64,000 nucleotides of DNA, from NCBI GenBank assembly GCA_024704765.1, contig JAKMXF010000300.1, forward strand, positions 310,001-374,000, written 5' to 3'. The stretch comes from Oopsacas minuta. Its lineage: Eukaryota; Animalia; Porifera. The position numbers and the translations under genes were made by a program. Below are positions 1 to 10,400 of this stretch, piece by piece. Under the pieces are notes generated by a model. It searched no databases and had not been told where the DNA came from. It saw only the letters and a list, made by a program, of their open reading frames with translations. Every line of letters begins with the position of its first letter. The first letter of the stretch is position 1.

Positions 1-33
1 CTAAGTGGACGGAGATTTGAAACACCAACAGCC

Positions 34-2019
34 ATGACAGGCTCTAGACAACTCAACTCTAAATCACTTAAGAATGTAACAATACAAAGAATGGATTCAG
101 ATAAATTATCCCCTACCAGTTTACAAAGTACAAACACATATTCTCTATCCTCGTGTTCTGAAACTGAGGGTGCAGCTAAACGCAGTAAAGATGCGGATGA
201 GTGTGATCATATTGCTTCCCCACCCAAGAAAATATGCTCAGAATTCCAAGAACCAGCTGCTAGATTACTTCCCAAACACTTTTTCTCTTCAAAGATTTGT
301 AAATCAGGAGTTATATGCGATGATTGTGCTCTCCCGATTAAGTTCGGAGAGAGGAAAGAGAAATGCGCTTTTTGTCGAGCAGTAGTCCATCCTAAATGCT
401 CCAGTCATTACGATAGGGTTAGTCAATGTCAATCCAAACTTCCCTCACTTGCAAAATCACTCAGTGTTGATACAAGCACAATAGGACCACAACCTTCATG
501 TGATTGGTTTAGGGTATTATTCTGGCCTTGTCCTAGACAATGTTGGGAGAAATACTTCATAATTCTAGCGGATGATGCTATATTGTTATACCAACAACAG
601 CCTTCAATCCCTAATAGATCAGAGGCAACACGAATACTTAAGCTAGGTCCCTATGATGAAGCTATTGTATCCGTCAATAGTGAATTTATTCGTAAGAGAT
701 TGAGTGCATTTTCAAATACTCAATACTCGTGTACTCTAGCTCTGATCCTTAAAAAGGAAGGACAGCCTATTACTGATTCTTCAGAGGGTGTTTACCTGCA
801 AGCTCCTTCTACAGAGAAGAAATTCATGTGGATTGATTTATTGACTGGTACAATTAATGAATTGGAGAAGAATCGTAATAAAAGACCTCCTTTCGTTATG
901 GAGGTCATATATCGTGGACCTTTCCTGGTTCAGCAGTACTTTTTCTCGGGTTTGCATATCAAGGAACACAATTTTGTTCTTCTTGCTGAACACACTGCCA
1001 TATTTGCAATGTCAATGCCTACATTCATTAATCCATGGTCCGAACCGATTAAACTTGAAATTTCACAGTCAATTGCTCCTATTTATACCATCAAGCTATT
1101 TGCTGAGATGGGTATGATCGTGTTGATAGCTGGAAAAGAACGTCAAATTTACACAACACTGCTGGAGCCAATGATTGAATTTGTTGGTGGGCTATTCCGT
1201 GATAAGAAAAAGGCAACACCCAAATTCATTCCTATTCCAAACAGCACAGGCTGTCATATCATAGAAGTCGGAAAAATAACTGAAATTCCATTCATGTGCA
1301 GTTTCCACCAAGATTTGAAAGGTACGGGTAATCGAATAATGTCTCATTATAATCAACCATCTAATCATACTAAATGTCCATTACAGCTTTGTGATGAGAG
1401 ACCTCTTGCTCAATGTGCTAGCATATTAGTAACTCCTGGAAAATTCTTGATTGGCTCACACGTCATTCTATGTTATAACCCAATAAAAAAGTTCATTCGT
1501 GAGTCACAAATTTCAATGCATAATAATGCGATGAAAAAAACTAGAACTCTTCGTAATCCTATTGAGATGGTTCCTCTCCCTAGTGGAGTGGAATATCTCC
1601 TGGTATACTCGGATATAGGAGTAGTTATCTCGCGTGCAGGGGGTGGTATGTATGTGAAGGAAGAGGCGTTATTATGGGAGAGTACACCTACTCATGCGTG
1701 GATAGATAATGGTATTCTCTTCGTTCTTTCTTCCAAGAACGTTGCAGTATACAGGTTTGTGAATGACAAACTACCAATGAATCCAACATATTACAAGCTC
1801 TGTTCTAACACTGGACAATTCCTCTGTTACATCCCCTTCAACAAATCTATGCTATACACTTCATCTGAAGGTGATTCTACTTTTATATTTTCGTGCGAGT
1901 TTCTTTTCCATAATTTAATCAAACGAACCGGTTCGGCAAAGTCAGCGAAACCTGGAAACTCTAACATGACACGACAGAAGACAACTTCTTTGATAGACAT
2001 GACTGAGTCAATTTTATAA
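34..2019 (+). CDS. C1-PH-CNH domain protein (citron/MRCK-like C-terminal architecture); may be 5'-truncated by the window edge
   Basis: C1 zinc finger (CDDCALPIKFGERKEKCAFCRAVVHPKC), PH-like WEKYFIILADDAILLY, then a CNH-like region. The frame is open from base 1 to the ATG at 34, so the gene may continue upstream. Confidence 0.7.
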   Translation: MTGSRQLNSKSLKNVTIQRMDSDKLSPTSLQSTNTYSLSSCSETEGAAKRSKDADECDHIASPPKKICSEFQEPAARLLPKHFFSSKICKSGVICDDCALPIKFGERKEKCAFCRAVVHPKCSSHYDRVSQCQSKLPSLAKSLSVDTSTIGPQPSCDWFRVLFWPCPRQCWEKYFIILADDAILLYQQQPSIPNRSEATRILKLGPYDEAIVSVNSEFIRKRLSAFSNTQYSCTLALILKKEGQPITDSSEGVYLQAPSTEKKFMWIDLLTGTINELEKNRNKRPPFVMEVIYRGPFLVQQYFFSGLHIKEHNFVLLAEHTAIFAMSMPTFINPWSEPIKLEISQSIAPIYTIKLFAEMGMIVLIAGKERQIYTTLLEPMIEFVGGLFRDKKKATPKFIPIPNSTGCHIIEVGKITEIPFMCSFHQDLKGTGNRIMSHYNQPSNHTKCPLQLCDERPLAQCASILVTPGKFLIGSHVILCYNPIKKFIRESQISMHNNAMKKTRTLRNPIEMVPLPSGVEYLLVYSDIGVVISRAGGGMYVKEEALLWESTPTHAWIDNGILFVLSSKNVAVYRFVNDKLPMNPTYYKLCSNTGQFLCYIPFNKSMLYTSSEGDSTFIFSCEFLFHNLIKRTGSAKSAKPGNSNMTRQKTTSLIDMTESIL

Positions 2020-2196
2020 AACAGAAAGTGTATGTGTATTATTGTATACGGACAATCTCACTTAGCTATTAGTTCACTTATTCAATAAATCACTCATCTT
2101 TCTATATTTATTATTTTTATTACTTATGTAGCTATCCTATCGATTTAATAATTAATGAATTATTTGGTACTAAATATCATACGATCGTGCTAGGAA

Positions 2197-2730
2197 ATGG
2201 GAAATGCTCCATCACAAGAGGATAGAGAGGAAGAGGATATGGCGAAGGGCGTGGCCTTGTCTAAAACAAACACTGGAGAGATACGAATAACTGAAGGATT
2301 CGTAGAACAATTAGAAGAGCAATCGAGATCTGATGAAGGGGGGTCTTTATATTTACAAGGAAGACAACTAGAGAAGGTTTCTGCAATTGTAAAGGCAGCT
2401 AAAGAGAAAGGGAGAGAAGAAATGAAATCAGAAATTCAAGAGGAGATATCTGAGCTCAAAGAAAATCTTTCAAAAGAAATACAAGCAAACAGTGACCTGA
2501 AAAACACCAGCCTTCCAATAATTAATGACCTGTCAGATACAGTTTGTTCAAAGCTAGCTCCAAAAGCTGAGCTTAAACCAATACTCTGTGCTAAACTTAT
2601 GAATGATGTTCTAGAATGTTCTAGAAATAACCCGAATCGTACTCTATACTGTACATCACTTGTTGATTCCTACGTAGATTGTGTTAAGTCACATCGACAA
2701 CAATTAGTCCACCCACCAGTTATCCACTAA
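2197..2730 (+). CDS. CHCHD3: MICOS subunit MIC19/MIC25-like (CHCH domain)
   Basis: N-terminal myristoylation motif MGNAPS, coiled-coil middle, C-terminal twin CX9C (CAKLMNDVLEC ... CTSLVDSYVDC). Single exon. Confidence 0.78.
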   Translation: MGNAPSQEDREEEDMAKGVALSKTNTGEIRITEGFVEQLEEQSRSDEGGSLYLQGRQLEKVSAIVKAAKEKGREEMKSEIQEEISELKENLSKEIQANSDLKNTSLPIINDLSDTVCSKLAPKAELKPILCAKLMNDVLECSRNNPNRTLYCTSLVDSYVDCVKSHRQQLVHPPVIH

Positions 2731-2929
2731 TTTCATAATATGATACATTTTTAATAAATTCATGACGAAACGGAGTAGTTATTTTTCTGTGATAATTCAA
2801 TATAATGTTGTAAACTGCACTTTATACTTACTACCAGAAACCATGATAATAGTCCATTTGAACAAACTAAATATGTATAAATGCTAGTTATATTTATTTT
2901 ATACAATTCTACAGTCAAGTATATACTAG

Positions 2930-5900
2930 ATGACAAGTAAATTGACAGATAATTTCGCATGGCCTGTAGGCAGCTCACAAACACAATTCATAAAAGAACT
3001 CCAGAAGAATCGAGAACAGAGGAACGTGTCTAGGAACAAAGGAGAATCAATTATCAAGATACAATCTGCAATGCGAATGCGTATTAGTAATAAACGTCTA
3101 TTCACTTCACTTCGAAAAGAGATTGATGCATTTCTTGTGAAAGATTTCAAACATTTAAATGCTTTAGAGATATTCCGTGTTTGTAGAAAGCTTGTATTCA
3201 TCTACAATCCTGCTGTAGATGCGGAGAGACTATTGCAAATGTGTCATTTTATACTACAAAGTATGGACTCTAACAACAAGAAAGTTTGGTATGTTGGTTT
3301 AGCACTGCATCGAAATTACGTCACCAATTTTATTCTACAACTCAATAAATTATTGGTATATTCATCTGACATGCTGTCAATGTATAAACCTTCTAATTCT
3401 GAGCATATGTTCAGAATACAAGCATATCTACGATTCATTTTCCTATTCACTGACTACAAACTATGGAAGATTAGTGCTAAGTGTTCTGATGGTATTTTAA
3501 ACACTCTCCAGGAGCTATGTCTTAAACTTATGCTTCATCTGGTTAACAAAGGTTTTTACGCTAATTTAAAGAGATTATTAATTGCTGGGTTATCTCCTGT
3601 GAATCCTGATTTCTCTCATACTACATTACTAGCAGCTCTTGGTATTAAACCTATAGTATCTACAGGCTGTAATAACATTGTAATATACGGATGTGTTCTA
3701 CATACACTCACTATCCCAGCTCTAGTACAATATGCTTGTGAGATAGCACCAGATGCAATTTCTCTGTACAAAGAAATAAAAATACAGGAACATATACTGG
3801 ATATGATAAGCGGGCATAAAGATAGTTATAAACAGCTGGATTTAGTTGGACAACTGGACACGTCACAAGCTCTAAACATGTTGGGTAATCTCGTACAGCT
3901 GGTACATTTGTGTAAGGTACAGAGCTTAGCCTATGTAGAGTTGTATGTACGTTCTGTTAGCCGTCTGGTTGATTATATAAGAGTTAATATTGACACTAAA
4001 AGCAAGAAGTATGTTACGTCACGACAATGGCATCCTGTCCTTGGTTGGTCTGACTTTAGTGCAGATTCATTGTCTCCATCTTCCGTTACTCGTTTCTCAA
4101 ATCAACTCAGACTCTTGTGGCATCGTGATACTCTGATTCTACTATTCCAGGATTATCTAGGATTAGATATTCATAAAGAAGAGATTATTAAGTCTCAAAA
4201 CGCAGCTGAGAGACGTAATCCAATATTTAGAATAGCTTCATCTCTCAGTAAAAAGCCTAAACTACCTAGTGATAAGATAAATCAATCTATCTTGATCTGT
4301 CATATGTACGCTTCAATTCTCAGCACTTTATCCAACTTCCATCGCGAGGCTACGATTAGTCTTAGTTGTGATAATAACCTGTGTTCACATTTATGGCATT
4401 TATTGAGAACACTACACACTGGTGATGGCTTAAAAACACTATTAGATTGCCCTCTGTCTGATCCTCTTATGGATATTCTACAGTTCTTCTCTGAGTGTAC
4501 TTCCTTCTGTATTAGCATACAGGATTCTAAGGAGTTGTATGAAGACCAGCTATATTTCACTCTTGATGAGTTAGCACAGATCGCTAACTTTCTGAATAGA
4601 TTCTTATTCAATAGCATTTCTTCCATATGCACGTCTAAAATGAACAATTCTACACAACTACCTCCTGTTCTACAGTCTGTACATGGTCTTATAATGGTAC
4701 TATACGAACGTGACTGTAGAAAATCGTTTTGTAAGGAAGATATGTGGATTCTGAAAGAACTTAAGTCTAGTTCGTTTCTACGTGAATTAGAGAAGGGCCT
4801 GCATAAAGCTACTATGATACTTGAATATATTCCACACGCAATTCCATTTGAACAGAGACTTAAAATGTTCAGAAGATTCGTACAAAATGACCGAAAAGCT
4901 CTGAACTACGGAGATGACATATTTTCCCAACCAATGACAAGAATTAAAGTTACTCGAGGCATGATACTAGAAGATGGATTCAATCAATTACGCACAATTT
5001 CTCCTGAATTGATAAAAGCACAAATTTCAGTTCGTTTCTTTAACGCACAAGGCTTGGAGGAACCTGGAATCGATCAGATGGGAGTTTTCAAAGAGTTTTT
5101 AGAGAATTTAATTCTACAAGCTTTTAACCCAAACATGAGCTTGTTCAAAGGTGGAGTCAATAACCAAATATATCCTTCTTATCTAAGTTTCATTCATGAT
5201 AATCACCTGGAGCTGTTCTACTTTATCGGGTCTATGCTGGGTAAAGCTGTTTATAATGGCTTAATAATGGAGCTTAATTTTGCACCTTTTGTCCTCCGAT
5301 TCTTATTACAACAAACTAGTGTAATGTATAGCTTATTTGATGAGCTGCCGAGCTTCAACCAGGAGCTCTCAAATTCGCTTTCTTATATCAAACATTATGA
5401 AGGAGATATTGAGGATTTAGAATTATACTTTTCAATACAAGAAGACCGCATGGGTCAAGTCGTGAGCCATGATTTGAAACAGGATGGTTCGCAGATTAAA
5501 GTTAATAACGAGAATAAAATAAGTTATGTGCATTTAGCTGCTACCTTCTATATGCATACTCAGATTAGGAAACAAATATCTTCGTTTTGTAAAGGATTCC
5601 ATAGCATTATTGATCCAACCTGGCTTAGTTGTTTCTCTGTACCTGAGTTACAGAAATTGATTGCAGGTGATGCTCAATCTTTCGATATTTCTGATTTGAA
5701 GCGTCATACTGATTACCATGGGGGCTACCATTCAGGACATAGGGTTATATTATGGCTATGGGATATTCTAGCTAATGAATTTGATATTGAGGAACGCGGT
5801 AAATTCTTAAAGTTCGTTACAAGTTGCTCAAAACCTCCTCTAATGGGATTTGGACATCTCCACCCTAAATTCGCTATACGGTGTGTGGAATTAGCAGAAG

Positions 5901-6100
5901 ATGATTTTAGAGATGATACTGTAGGGAACGTGTTGAGGGGCGTGTTTAGTATCAAACGAGGAAAGCTGAGTCCTGAGAGATTACCAACAGCTTCTACTTG
6001 CTTTAACTTACTAAAGTTACCGTGTTACGACAAGAAATCTACACTGAAAGATAAACTGAGATATGCTATTAACTCTAATGCTGGGTTTGAACTGTCTTAA
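2930..6100 (+). CDS. UBE3B: HECT E3 ubiquitin ligase UBE3B
   Basis: N-terminal IQ motif (IIKIQSAMRMR); C-terminal HECT domain with RLPTASTCFNLLKLP catalytic Cys, ending NAGFELS. Intronless, 1056 aa. Confidence 0.9.
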   Translation: MTSKLTDNFAWPVGSSQTQFIKELQKNREQRNVSRNKGESIIKIQSAMRMRISNKRLFTSLRKEIDAFLVKDFKHLNALEIFRVCRKLVFIYNPAVDAERLLQMCHFILQSMDSNNKKVWYVGLALHRNYVTNFILQLNKLLVYSSDMLSMYKPSNSEHMFRIQAYLRFIFLFTDYKLWKISAKCSDGILNTLQELCLKLMLHLVNKGFYANLKRLLIAGLSPVNPDFSHTTLLAALGIKPIVSTGCNNIVIYGCVLHTLTIPALVQYACEIAPDAISLYKEIKIQEHILDMISGHKDSYKQLDLVGQLDTSQALNMLGNLVQLVHLCKVQSLAYVELYVRSVSRLVDYIRVNIDTKSKKYVTSRQWHPVLGWSDFSADSLSPSSVTRFSNQLRLLWHRDTLILLFQDYLGLDIHKEEIIKSQNAAERRNPIFRIASSLSKKPKLPSDKINQSILICHMYASILSTLSNFHREATISLSCDNNLCSHLWHLLRTLHTGDGLKTLLDCPLSDPLMDILQFFSECTSFCISIQDSKELYEDQLYFTLDELAQIANFLNRFLFNSISSICTSKMNNSTQLPPVLQSVHGLIMVLYERDCRKSFCKEDMWILKELKSSSFLRELEKGLHKATMILEYIPHAIPFEQRLKMFRRFVQNDRKALNYGDDIFSQPMTRIKVTRGMILEDGFNQLRTISPELIKAQISVRFFNAQGLEEPGIDQMGVFKEFLENLILQAFNPNMSLFKGGVNNQIYPSYLSFIHDNHLELFYFIGSMLGKAVYNGLIMELNFAPFVLRFLLQQTSVMYSLFDELPSFNQELSNSLSYIKHYEGDIEDLELYFSIQEDRMGQVVSHDLKQDGSQIKVNNENKISYVHLAATFYMHTQIRKQISSFCKGFHSIIDPTWLSCFSVPELQKLIAGDAQSFDISDLKRHTDYHGGYHSGHRVILWLWDILANEFDIEERGKFLKFVTSCSKPPLMGFGHLHPKFAIRCVELAEDDFRDDTVGNVLRGVFSIKRGKLSPERLPTASTCFNLLKLPCYDKKSTLKDKLRYAINSNAGFELS

Positions 6101-6204
6101 GCACACATACTGTACTTTAATTCACTCCGTCAGGATTCTAAATTGTATTCTTATTATTATGCATGAAGTTTGTTAAGAAATTAAGTATTGTCTATATACT
6201 AAAT

Positions 6205-6272
6205 CAGAGGATACCTGTTATAACAACATGAATTGCTACTCCCAAGGGGAATCTTATAACCGGCATCCACTG
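6205..6272. mobile_element. Short MITE-like palindromic element (CAG(T)...ACTG, TA on right flank)
   Basis: Left end cagaggatacctgttataac matches the reverse complement of the right end (cagtggatgccggttataag). Lies in the UBE3B-OSGEP spacer. Confidence 0.55.
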
Positions 6273-6326
6273 TATTAACATTCTTACTTTATACTAATAT
6301 TCGAATTTGTACTAGCTTTTTAAGGT

Positions 6327-7334
6327 ATGTCAATTGCAATTGGTTTTGAAGGCAGTGCAAATAAACTGGGCATCGGTATTATTCGTGACGGAGTTATCTT
6401 ATCTAATCTCCGTTGTACTTACATCACGCCCCCTGGCCATGGATTTCAACCTAAATTCACTGCAATACACCACAGAAGTGAGATAATAGATTTACTACAG
6501 AGATCTCTTAAAACAGCTGGAGTAGATCCTAAAGATATTTCCTGTGTGTGCTATACAAAAGGACCAGGGATGGGTGCTCCTCTTGTATCAGTCGCTGTAG
6601 TAGCTAGAACCTTATCTCAGCTATGGGGGAAACCGCTCGTTGGTGTTAACCACTGTATTGCTCATATTGAAATGGGAAGACATGTTACTGGGGCGAGTGA
6701 TCCAACTGTTCTGTATGTGAGTGGGGGAAATACACAGGTTATCGCGTATTCTAACAGGAAGTATCGTATTTTCGGTGAAACAATAGACATTGCTGTGGGA
6801 AATTGTCTCGACAGATTTGCTCGTGTTATAAAACTATCTAATGATCCTAGTCCAGGATATAACATAGAACAACTAGCTAAACAAGGGAATAGATACCTTG
6901 AATTGCCTTATAGTGTTAAAGGGATGGATGTGGCATTTTCTGGCATAACAAGTCATATCGAATCTGTAGCAGTTAAGGCAATGGAAAGTGGGGAGTATAC
7001 GAAAGCTGATCTCTGTTTCTCACTTCAGGAAACTATTTTCGCGATGTTAGTCGAAGTGACTGAGCGAGCAATGGCACATACTGGATCTCAAGAAGTGTTA
7101 ATAGTCGGTGGAGTAGGTTGTAATGAACGTTTACAGGATATGATGAGGCAAATGTGCAATGAACGTGGAGCAAAGCTATGTGCTACAGATGAGAGATATT
7201 GTATTGATAACGGGGCTATGATTGCACACACTGGGTTAGAAATGTTTAAGTGTGGAGTTACTACTGAACTGAAAGATTCCTGGTGTACACAAAGATACAG
7301 AACTGATGAAGTTGATATATTATGGAGAGATTAA
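6327..7334 (+). CDS. OSGEP: tRNA N6-threonylcarbamoyladenosine synthase Kae1/OSGEP
   Basis: [23 protein letters not shown] (HxxxH metal motif), [19 protein letters not shown]. 335 aa, intronless. Confidence 0.97.
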   Translation: MSIAIGFEGSANKLGIGIIRDGVILSNLRCTYITPPGHGFQPKFTAIHHRSEIIDLLQRSLKTAGVDPKDISCVCYTKGPGMGAPLVSVAVVARTLSQLWGKPLVGVNHCIAHIEMGRHVTGASDPTVLYVSGGNTQVIAYSNRKYRIFGETIDIAVGNCLDRFARVIKLSNDPSPGYNIEQLAKQGNRYLELPYSVKGMDVAFSGITSHIESVAVKAMESGEYTKADLCFSLQETIFAMLVEVTERAMAHTGSQEVLIVGGVGCNERLQDMMRQMCNERGAKLCATDERYCIDNGAMIAHTGLEMFKCGVTTELKDSWCTQRYRTDEVDILWRD

Positions 7335-7420
7335 TTAATGATTCATTTGACTGATATGACATGTGTTAGAATAGCATAATTTGAGGTTTTTCAATGTTTA
7401 ATGTACTTGATGTTCTAGCT

Positions 7421-10400
7421 ATGGTTTCAGATTCTGAATACAGTTTGAAGGTTTGGGGGCATATTTGTGGAGGACAATTGGGTCGATCAGGTGTCCCTGA
7501 CAATGCAAATGTAAGCACTATGGTATTTTGGACAGGGGCAGATGTTCCTCTCTGTTCTCAATTGATCCTCCTTACTTTGATGCATATTCCTCTTCTATTG
7601 ACAAGTGCTTTCTATGCGGGAGTATATTACAAGTTTGTGAAGTTTAAAATAATATCGAAAATTCTTCAATTTATCGTTGTACTATCACTCTTCTTCGTTC
7701 TCATTTCTATAATTAACTTTCTATACTTATACTTGTACACACGATCAAATACCATATCTCTCATTCTGATATCGCTTCTAATTGTGAAGTTGTTAACTTG
7801 GCTATCACATACTGTTTGCATTATACATCTTGTGTATGGGATTGGATACAAGAAAGATAGACCTCTTAACTATTCTATAATATATTGGCTTATTGTATTA
7901 ATAAGCACACTATTATACTACAGATCTCTATTAACCTATCAGGTAAACCCGTTCATCTATAAATACAGTAATTTTCGCTTAATAGAGCCAATTATTTATT
8001 GTATTTATTTTCTGATAAAAATTTTTCTCAGATTCATCCTGAATGGTACAGTTTAATCGATTCCACATTCCTGAAAGGAAATTTCTTTCTCTACACTATA
8101 TCTATAGAAATATTTCTACATATAGTATATGGAACTTTAATAATCTTATCTTATTTAAAAGTACCTATACTCGTGTATGTTCGTAAATTGAGGCAAACTG
8201 ATCCCTTATCCCAGAGTCTACTCAACATACAACAATCGTATGGATCTATACACAACGATGAGGCTAAGTTACCAACTCGCCCTATCAATGAGGAAGGAGT
8301 AGGATGGTTTTCATATCTATTCTTTAACTGGTTTAATCATACTATTAAGCGAGGGTATAAGAAAAAAATAGAGTCCTTAGACGACCTGCCTTCTCTACCC
8401 AGGAACCTCAAAGGAGCTTGTCTTCTCACGAAATTTAACAATCATTATACTGATAAACAATTGGATGGAAATAATATAAGCAAGTAAGTAGAATTATTTC
8501 GATTTCTAAATAGAGTTTATACACGTTATTATATAGATGGCATCTACTGGGAAGTGTAGTTAGAGTTGCGGGTTATAAATTCTATCTAGCTGGTATCCTC
8601 AAACTAACAGCGGATGCTGTCACATTCACAGGACCTCTCCTACTCAATGGTCTTGTTTACTTGGTAGAGAACAACAATCAACCAATATATGTCGGTTATT
8701 TCTATGTCATTGGTTTATTCGTGAGTACTCTAACCGGGATGTTACTTAATGTACATTTCCAATATCTGGTAGATAAAGTAAACATCTCAATACGATCTGC
8801 TCTTATGAATGCTGTTTACCAGAAAGTAATTCGTCTTCATTTAGCTGAGTTATCAAGCTTCTCTACTGGTAATAATGTACAGTCAGCTGATTGAGAATAA
8901 ATATATATTAATTTTGTGTTATGTAGGTCAAATTCTCGACTTCATGAGTACAGATGCGAGTCGTCTCTCCAGTGTTTGGAACGTTCATCTCCTCTGGAGC
9001 ATGCCTGTTATGATAATCATATGTCTCTATCTACTATATCTACAGGTGGGATTATCCTTTCTAGCTGGTTTAGCATTCTGTATTGCTGTAATAGCGATTA
9101 ATCAGGTGTTAACTGTGTTAATTGCGAGAGCGTTTAAGAAGTATATGGAGTGTAAGGATGAGAGAATTAAAATGATGTCAGAGATATTGGCTGGAATTAG
9201 AGTTATTAAACTGTATGCTTGGGAGAGAGTATTCAAAAACAAGGTGAATAGATATAAAGTGTAATGTAACCTCCGCAAACGAGGGAAATGGAGTAGCATT
9301 AAATGTGTACTCTACATTAATATTATTGATATATTAGATCGGTAAGATACGAGCTGATGAACTTCTACAACTAGCATGGGTAAAGTGCTTAGACGGTTTC
9401 TGTGTATTCTTCTGGGCTTGTACTGCTACTATGATGTGTGTGCTTACATTCATTACATATTCACTGTTAGGAAATGAGCTCACAGCAACAAGGGTAAGTC
9501 CATAAACTATAACTATAGTCTGTTATCTTTTAAGGGTGCTGTTTATTTATTTATGGCTTAGTTGAGCAAGTTTTGATATTTAAGGTGTTTCCCTGATTTG
9601 TGACCCATGGTATTTGAGTTACTCTTGGGTACAATATGGGGTAAATTATGATTAATTGATTATTAACGTTAGTCATATCTGCATGTTATTTAATATATTA
9701 ATTAATTTGCATAAATTCATGGATCAGAGAATCCAAACAAGCTAACCCATTAATATATTTGATTTGTGGCTTTGTGTGTTTGAATGTGTAGATCTTTTTA
9801 GCACATACATACATGAATAGCCTTACATTTCTATATAAAACAGCGTACAAGTATTGCTTCCATTGAATATTAAGAAAGCGCTTTTTGTTTACAGAAATTA
9901 TAATATTTATTTTTGGAAGATACTAGAAAATACTTATAACGGAACTGCCACCGTTTCTAAGCCTACAGACTAATTAATGGGAGCTATTTTCATTATAATT
10001 ATCCCGCTCTATCATCTATTTTAATATGCTTAATTATTAATTCATTAACTGTTAGTTCATTACAAAAATTTCTGTTTTTGATATTTTATTTATTTTTGCT
10101 TGATTTTGAATCAGGTGTACGCTGTACATATAGCTTGTATATAGTTAGTTCGTTATATAAGAGACTAACCTTTTTGAAATCAACACCTATCTATCTACGA
10201 AGAAGAATGAGTGATAATTCGAATAATAAAACTAATGACATCCTACCTAAATTCCCTTACACGGCAAAACCAGTTACTCACTCTCTACGTAATAATAATT
10301 CTGATACTGCACCAAGCAGTGATAATAATAGTAACCCTAATATGCAGGACCGGACCATGCCGAAAATTATTCTATCCGGCAAACCAGCATACTATAAACG

